Source: Candidatus Cloacimonadales bacterium (GTDB lineage Bacteria; Cloacimonadota; Cloacimonadia; Cloacimonadales; JAFGVF01). From it: a stretch of 64,000 nt of DNA. Positions within the stretch are counted from its first letter, which is position 1. Each line of letters begins with the position of its first letter. Position numbers and translations under genes: made by a program. Under the pieces are notes generated by a model that did no database searches, had not been told where the DNA came from, and saw only the letters and a list, made by a program, of their open reading frames with translations. This document shows positions 59,862 through 64,000 of this stretch, piece after piece. The stretch spans positions 2,336,001-2,400,000 of the forward strand of contig OY762964.1 in assembly GCA_963667035.1 (NCBI GenBank), read 5' to 3'.

Positions 59862-60509
59862 ATGCCTAAAATTCTTCCATCTCTATTATCCGCTGATTTC
59901 ACCATTTTAAAAGAGGAAATGACCGAACTTAAGAATGCCGGTATTGAGATTCTACATCTTGATATTATGGACGGTCATTTTGTTCCGAATCTTACATTCG
60001 GATTGCCTGTGATTAAATCCATTAGAAAAGCAACTACACTTGAACTGGATGCTCATCTAATGGTTACTAATCCTCAAGATTATTTTAAACCTCTTGCAGA
60101 TATTGGAGTTAATTATATTTCATTCCATCAGGAAACCATATTCCATGCTCAGAGAGCTGTTATGGAGATTAAGGATTTAGGATGTAAGGCAGGTATTGCA
60201 TTAAATCCGGCAACACCTGTTGAGGTCATAAAGCACTTAGTTACCGACTTGGATTTTGTTCTTATAATGAGTGTAAATCCCGGATTCGGTGGACAGAAGT
60301 TCTTACCGGTTGTTTATGAGAAGTTGGAATTACTGGCTGAATACAAAGCAAAATATAATCCTAATCTGATAATAGAAATTGACGGTGGAGTCACTTCTGA
60401 CAATGCTAGTTCATTGATAAATGCCGGAGTGGAAATGCTAGTAGCCGGTTCCTTTGTTTTTAAAAGTAAACCATACTCCAATCAGATTAATCAGTTATTG
60501 AAAGGATAG
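59862..60509 (+). CDS. rpe: Ribulose-phosphate 3-epimerase
   Basis: PSLLSADF, HLDIMDGHFVPN, MSVNPGFGGQKF, IEIDGGV. Confidence 0.98.
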   Translation: MPKILPSLLSADFTILKEEMTELKNAGIEILHLDIMDGHFVPNLTFGLPVIKSIRKATTLELDAHLMVTNPQDYFKPLADIGVNYISFHQETIFHAQRAVMEIKDLGCKAGIALNPATPVEVIKHLVTDLDFVLIMSVNPGFGGQKFLPVVYEKLELLAEYKAKYNPNLIIEIDGGVTSDNASSLINAGVEMLVAGSFVFKSKPYSNQINQLLKG

Positions 60510-60512
60510 ATA

Positions 60513-61835
60513 ATGTTTAATGATTTAAGTGAAAAACTTGAAGGTGTCTTTAAAAAGCTAAAAGGGCATGGAGTCCTTTCAGAGCAGAATATAAAAGATT
60601 CGATGAAAGAAATTCGCATGGCTCTGTTAGAAGCAGATGTGAATTACAAAATAGTAAAGAATTTCATCAAAGCGGTTCAAGAAAGAGCAATGGGGCAAGA
60701 AGTGATGAAGTCACTTACTCCGGGTCAGCAAGTAGTAAAGATTGTTAACGAGCAACTTGTAAGTCTAATGGATACTGAAGGATTTACGTTAAATGTTTAT
60801 GACAATAAACTTACTAAGGTGATGCTGGTTGGTCTTCAAGGTTCAGGTAAAACTACAGCCTGTGCTAAACTTTCTAATTACTACAGAAAGAAAAAAGTTA
60901 AGCCTATGATGGTAGCATGCGACATTTATCGTCCTGCGGCTGTTCATCAGTTACAAGTTCTGGGTAAACAGATTAATATACCGGTTATTTATGATGAAAG
61001 CAATAATGTTACAATAATTGCCGATAAAGCTCTTAAAGAAGCAGATAGAGAAATGACTAATCTCTTAATCTTCGATACTGCAGGACGTTTACACATTGAT
61101 GAGAATATGATGGACGAAATCTACAACCTCAAACAACAGATAAAGCCTGACTACATATTCTTTGTTGCAGATGCAATGACAGGTCAAGATGCTGTTACTG
61201 TCGCTAAGGAATTCAATGATAAAATGGATTTTAGCGGAGTCATTCTCACAAAGCTTGACGGTGATGCCCGTGGTGGTGCAGCCCTTTCAATTAAAGCTGT
61301 AACCGGCAAACCGGTTGTGTTTGTGGGTATGGGTGAAAAGGTTAGTGATCTTGAGCTTTTCTACGCAGATCGAATGGCCTCCAGAATTCTTGGTATGGGT
61401 GATGTTTTAAGTCTAATTGAAAAAGCCGAAGAAGCTTTTGATGAAGATGAAGCTGAGAAGCTAGCAAAGAAAATGCAAAAGAACAAGTTTGACCTTAACG
61501 ACTTCTTAAACCAACTTCAACATATTAAAAAACTCGGTCCGCTTGATTCTCTTCTCAAAATGATTCCCGGTGTTAATTCCAAGATGATGAAGAATGTAAA
61601 TGTTGATGAAAAGCAACTGGCACATATTGAGGCTATCATTAAATCTATGACAAATAGGGAAAGAGAGAAACCTCAAGTTCTTAACGGTTCAAGACGTAAG
61701 CGTATTGCCCTTGGCTCAGGACGTCCTGTTCAGGAAGTTAATCGTCTTCTTCGCAATTTCGAAGATATGAAGAAGATGATGAAAAAAATGAATAACCCTA
61801 AATTTGCCAAACAATTCAAGAATTTGCAAATGTAA
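60513..61835 (+). CDS. ffh: Signal recognition particle protein
   Basis: GLQGSGKTT, DTAGRL, TKLDGDARGGAALS, RRKRIALGSG. Confidence 0.99.
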   Translation: MFNDLSEKLEGVFKKLKGHGVLSEQNIKDSMKEIRMALLEADVNYKIVKNFIKAVQERAMGQEVMKSLTPGQQVVKIVNEQLVSLMDTEGFTLNVYDNKLTKVMLVGLQGSGKTTACAKLSNYYRKKKVKPMMVACDIYRPAAVHQLQVLGKQINIPVIYDESNNVTIIADKALKEADREMTNLLIFDTAGRLHIDENMMDEIYNLKQQIKPDYIFFVADAMTGQDAVTVAKEFNDKMDFSGVILTKLDGDARGGAALSIKAVTGKPVVFVGMGEKVSDLELFYADRMASRILGMGDVLSLIEKAEEAFDEDEAEKLAKKMQKNKFDLNDFLNQLQHIKKLGPLDSLLKMIPGVNSKMMKNVNVDEKQLAHIEAIIKSMTNREREKPQVLNGSRRKRIALGSGRPVQEVNRLLRNFEDMKKMMKKMNNPKFAKQFKNLQM

Positions 61836-61857
61836 TACTCTCATATAATAAACATTT

Positions 61858-61884
61858 AGGGTGTGGTTAATACCACACCCTTTT
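61858..61884 (+). terminator. Terminator after ffh
   Basis: AGGGTGTGGT-taat-ACCACACCCT-TTT. Confidence 0.85.
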
Positions 61885-61983
61885 ATCATTTAGTAGAAAC
61901 ATCCCCAACCAATAATCTTACTACCCATCCACTTATGTATTATCACATCACATTGTTTAAACTATTTACTAAAGTACAATTAT

Positions 61984-62077
61984 CGCACTGTTTTTGCACT
62001 GTGCACGCACTGTTAACACGGTGTTTCAGTGCGTGGGCAGTGCGTTCATAGTGGAATCACAGTGCAAAAACAGTGCG
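61984..62077. repeat. 11-bp-period inverted repeat array (element 2)
   Basis: GCACTG at 61985, 61996, 62007; CAGTGC at 62027, 62038, (62049 degenerate), 62060, 62071. The terminal 20-mers are perfect reverse complements. Confidence 0.9.
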
Positions 62078-62286
62078 TTGGTAGAATATGGAGTGTGAGA
62101 AAACAGTGGGGGTCAAAAATGAATTTTATATCGTACTTAATATAGTATAAACCTAGAAGTATTGGGGAAAATGGAACAAAAAAATTCTGAATTAAGGTCT
62201 ATTAAAATTAATATTTGAATACTAAAGGATAGATTCATGATGATAATGTTTCGTTGACACAACCTGTGGCTTTTAGATTATGCATT

Positions 62287-63300
62287 ATGATGAAAACTAA
62301 AATAATAGCAACAATAAGCAAGATTAACGGATCTGCGGAGTTATTGGAAGAGATGCTTAAAGCCGGTGCGAGTATATTCAGAATCAATATGTCGCACTCA
62401 TCTCATGCAGAAGCTCTGGAGTTAATGGATAGGATTAAATCAGCCAAATCCAATACCGGATTAACCTGTGAGATTATGCTGGATTTATCAGGTCCGGAAC
62501 TTAGATTGTTAGGATTAACTCAACCGTTGAAATGTAATAAGAAAACTGAACTAACATTATATAAAAACATTTCTTTATCGCTTCCCGATATATTGCCTAA
62601 ACTTACGATAGGTTCCAGAGTTCTTTTACATGACGGTAAATTTGAGGGAGAAGTTGTTTACGTAAGCGATAAACAAGCAACTTTAGAAGTAAGAGGTAAT
62701 GGACTTATCCTTCCCAATGCTCATATCTCGTTTCCGGATGTAAAATACGGTTTTATTGAGATTAGTGAAAAGGACATTGATGATTTGAGGTTTGCAGTCA
62801 ACACTAAAGCGGATTATCTTGCACTCTCATTTATCCATTCGGGTAATGATGTTAAAGCCTATAGAAAACAAGTGAAACTAACCGACCAGACATCAATGAT
62901 AAAGCTGTTGCCTAAGTTTGAGTCTAATCAGTCACTTAAAAACATTGACGAAATTATCGAAGCAGGTGATTGCTTGTTTGTTGCACGGGGTGATATGGGA
63001 ACGGAGAATCCCCCGGAAATGATACCGTATTATCAAAAGCTGATAACTCATAAGTGTTTGAAGGCTGAAAAATCGGTATTTATTGCGACCCAGATGCTTA
63101 GCACAATGGAGGAAAATCCTTTACCAACCAGAGCTGAGATATCCGATATTGCGAATGCTGTGCTTGACGGAGCAAGTGCATTAACTCTTTCAGGAGAAAC
63201 TGCTATCGGTAGATACCCTCTGGAATCTGTTAAGCAGATGAAAAGAATAGCTGAAGAAGCTGAGAAGTATAAGGAGAAATTATGGAAAACTACAATGTAA
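62287..63300 (+). CDS. pyk: Pyruvate kinase, short form without the C-terminal domain
   Basis: TKIIAT, RINMSH, GPELR, VARGDMG, ATQML, PTRAE, LSGETA.G.YP. Ends right after the barrel. Confidence 0.9.
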   Translation: MMKTKIIATISKINGSAELLEEMLKAGASIFRINMSHSSHAEALELMDRIKSAKSNTGLTCEIMLDLSGPELRLLGLTQPLKCNKKTELTLYKNISLSLPDILPKLTIGSRVLLHDGKFEGEVVYVSDKQATLEVRGNGLILPNAHISFPDVKYGFIEISEKDIDDLRFAVNTKADYLALSFIHSGNDVKAYRKQVKLTDQTSMIKLLPKFESNQSLKNIDEIIEAGDCLFVARGDMGTENPPEMIPYYQKLITHKCLKAEKSVFIATQMLSTMEENPLPTRAEISDIANAVLDGASALTLSGETAIGRYPLESVKQMKRIAEEAEKYKEKLWKTTM

Positions 63301-63593
63301 TATGCGATATAGTAGTAGTTACTTACGATATAGGTCCAAGTCTTTCACCCTTTGTAGCAAAAGTGTGCGATATAATACAAGCTGATAAGAAAGTTGAACA
63401 CATGCTTACTCCAATGGGATCCATTGTCGAAGGAGAATTCGACGATGTTATGGCATTGGTAGACAGAGTGTTCAAAGCAGTAGCTCCTGATTATGAAAGA
63501 GTTGGAATAACTGTGAAGATGGATTACAGAAAGTCCAAGAAAAGCAGAATGAAAGGCAAAGTAGCTTCTGTTTCTGAAAAGATGGGAAAATGA
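63282..63593 (+). CDS. MTH1187/thiamine-binding family protein
   Basis: SLSPFVA, LTPMGSIVEGE, KMDYR...KV.SV. AGGAG SD. Confidence 0.88.
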   Translation: MENYNVICDIVVVTYDIGPSLSPFVAKVCDIIQADKKVEHMLTPMGSIVEGEFDDVMALVDRVFKAVAPDYERVGITVKMDYRKSKKSRMKGKVASVSEKMGK

Positions 63594-64000
63594 AAAAGTA
63601 CTATATTGAACCTCTTGGATGCCCTAAGAATCTTGTTGATAGTGAGATTTTTGCCTGGCTCTCGGAAAAGAACGGTTATGAGTTCACTGAGAATCCTGCC
63701 GAGGCTGAACTCATAATAGTCAATACATGCGGTTTTATTAGTGATGCAAAAGAAGAAGCTATTGAAACGATATTCGAGATGAGCGAGTTTAAAACTTTCG
63801 GTAAATGTAAAAAACTGGTTGCAACGGGATGTTTAGTTGGAAGATATTTTAAGGATTTGCAAAGCGAAATAACAGAAGTTGATAACTTCATAGACCTTAA
63901 AGATTTTGCATCTTTTGCCAAACTGTTAGGAGGAAGTGATTCCAAGTTTGAGAGGAAAATTCTCACGCCATCTCACTATGCCTTCTTGAGAATAAGTGAC
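63590..64000 (+). CDS. rimO: Ribosomal protein S12 methylthiotransferase (partial, runs off the window; absent from the ORF track)
   Basis: Manual translation: MKKYYIEPLGCPKNLVDSE..IIVNTCGFI..AKEEAI..ATGCL..HYAFLRISD. Confidence 0.93.
   Translation, partial: MKKYYIEPLGCPKNLVDSEIFAWLSEKNGYEFTENPAEAELIIVNTCGFISDAKEEAIETIFEMSEFKTFGKCKKLVATGCLVGRYFKDLQSEITEVDNFIDLKDFASFAKLLGGSDSKFERKILTPSHYAFLRISD

Noticed and set aside
61863..62051. 62-aa ORF after ffh
   Set aside because: Starts inside the terminator hairpin and ends in the repeat element.
63676..63966. 96-aa minus-strand ORF
   Set aside because: Antisense to the partial rimO.

Overview
AT-rich bacterial chromosome segment, most likely from an FCB-superphylum diderm anaerobe such as Ca. 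Cloacimonadota. This is inferred from the FlgD-Ig-type C-terminal domains, the C25/PorV pair, the archaeal/eukaryotic-type ProRS and the gene order, and is not proven. Left arm (mostly minus strand): GyrI-like and Mrp genes; a sensor kinase-receiver-TonB receptor-YfiR cassette; the rpsP-khpA-rimM-trmD-SPOUT-rplS operon; a degraded AT-rich stretch; and a ~14 kb tRNA-tuf-rpmG-trnW-secE-nusG-rplKAJL-rpoBC-rpsLG superoperon that ends without fusA. Middle: four large secreted proteins (beta-helix, cohesin, dockerin, cadherin/FN3, FlgD-type CTD), the last bracketed by REP-like hairpins and a 44-bp direct repeat. Right arm (plus strand): proS-cinA-purD; a PorU-like C25 protein, PorV-like barrel, lipoprotein, mini-Wza and Wzc; then ispE-prs-rplY-pth-rpsF-ssb-rpsR-DUF2232-rplI, a membrane protein, dciA-like, rpe, ffh, a short pyk, an MTH1187-family gene and partial rimO. 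The most notable signals are a T9SS-like sorting/attachment module with cohesin-dockerin cargo, a direct-repeat-bounded gene cassette, two 11-bp-periodic inverted-repeat elements, a triply nested SBHM insert in RpoC, an 11-Tyr run in Wzc that ends at the ispE start with a perfect 34-bp palindrome just downstream, and a possible ~52 kb inversion separating ffh from rpsP. All calls are by eye; no searches were run.
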